A stretch of DNA of 64,000 nucleotides, taken from positions 224,132,001 through 224,196,000 of the forward strand of contig NC_058368.1 in NCBI RefSeq assembly GCF_018350175.1, written 5' to 3'. Source of the stretch: Felis catus (taxonomy: Eukaryota). The notes beneath the pieces are model-generated. The model ran no database searches. It saw only the letters and a program-made list of their open reading frames with translations, and was not told where the DNA came from. The position numbers and the translations under genes are program-made. Below, one piece after another: positions 63,117 through 64,000 of this stretch (within the stretch, counting starts at the first letter, position 1; every line of letters starts with the position of its first letter).

Positions 63117-63255
63117 TGTTTTTTTTAATTACACAAGAGTTTCTGACTATAATGTAATTAATTGGCAAACATTTGTTTACAGAAATATAAAAAGATATCC
63201 ATCCTTACTTAGGATACAGAATGTTTCCTCCCTAATTGTTCCTACCCCATCGCTC

Positions 63256-63280
63256 TCACACACACACACACACACACACA
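63256..63280 (+). repeat. (CA)n microsatellite
   Basis: Direct reading. Confidence 0.95.
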
Positions 63281-63771
63281 CTGATAGCAGGAAAAATGTC
63301 AATTTTATTATGATAGGATTGAGATGGGATGATGTATCTCAGTACGGTGTCCACATGGAATTTCTATGTCCAAATGGGATCTCAGAATAAGACTTACTAT
63401 TTCAGTCACATATTCTGCTACTCACAAACAAGATTCCCCTTATGAATGAAGTGTCCAGCCAGGGAAGACAGAAGCCATGATGAAGACAATAAAACTGTTC
63501 TCCCTGGGAATGGGTTTGCTTCTAAAAAGGAACAGGCATGGCGAATCTCCCATGCCCTGTCAGTCTTTCTGGCGAGACTAAATATACCAAGGTCACGAGG
63601 CCTTCACTCTCAGACTGGCAGATTGAGCAGGAGGACAGTAAAGTCAGAGGCTACTTAGAGAAAATCTTTTGTATTAGAAACCAGGAAGGTGTTTTATCTT
63701 TCATCTATAAAGACAGTATTAATCGTATGTATTTAAATGTTATATATTCTATCACTTTAAAATGGATTTTA

Positions 63772-63992
63772 GGGGCACCTGGGTGGCTCAGTTGGTTAAG
63801 TGTCCAACTCCGGCTCAGGTCATGATCTCGCGGTCTGTGAGTTAGAGCCCCGCATCGGGCTCTGTACTGACAGCTCGGAGCCTGGAGCCTACTTAGGATT
63901 CTGTGTCTCCCTCTCTCTCTCTGCCCCTGTCCTGCTCAGTCTGTCTCTGTCTCTCAAAAAGTGAATAAACATTAAAAAAATTTAAAAAAAAA
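63772..63992 (+). mobile_element. CanSINE
   Basis: ggggcacctgggtggctcagttggttaag head and A-tail at the window edge. Confidence 0.95.
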
Positions 63993-64000
63993 CCTAATTT

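Noticed and set aside
815..63825. Recurrent ORFs such as MAQSVERPTSAQV..., FYLFLRQRETEHE... and ERERE/LSLSL runs
   Set aside because: Translations of CanSINE bodies and microsatellites, not genes

Overview
AT-rich, repeat-dense mammalian genomic DNA. The tRNA-derived CanSINEs are of the cat type, so this is a felid carnivore, and the window is most likely the interior of a very long intron or a gene-poor region. I find no intact protein-coding gene: the supplied ORFs are read-throughs of SINEs, L1s, LTRs or microsatellites, or short chance ORFs. The window holds about 37 CanSINE copies or fragments (many with readable target-site duplications, TSDs), several L1/HAL1/L2/MIR relics, MaLR and ERV-type LTRs, a MER58-like hAT relic and a Tigger-like DNA transposon. 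The strongest non-repeat signal is on the minus strand at about 31.1 kb: a TACTAAC branch point, pyrimidine tract, 6-nt exon GCTCAG and GTAAGA donor. A possible 5-nt partner microexon lies 48 nt upstream, and NOVA- and QKI-type motifs lie downstream. Other notable structures are a Tigger-like transposon nested inside a CanSINE, an L1 with a 1-kb internal inversion, an L1 whose 5'UTR is joined directly to late ORF2, a likely L1 3' transduction and several orphan retroposed inserts. Repeat family names come from my recollection of consensus sequences, not from a database search, and boundaries of old elements are approximate.
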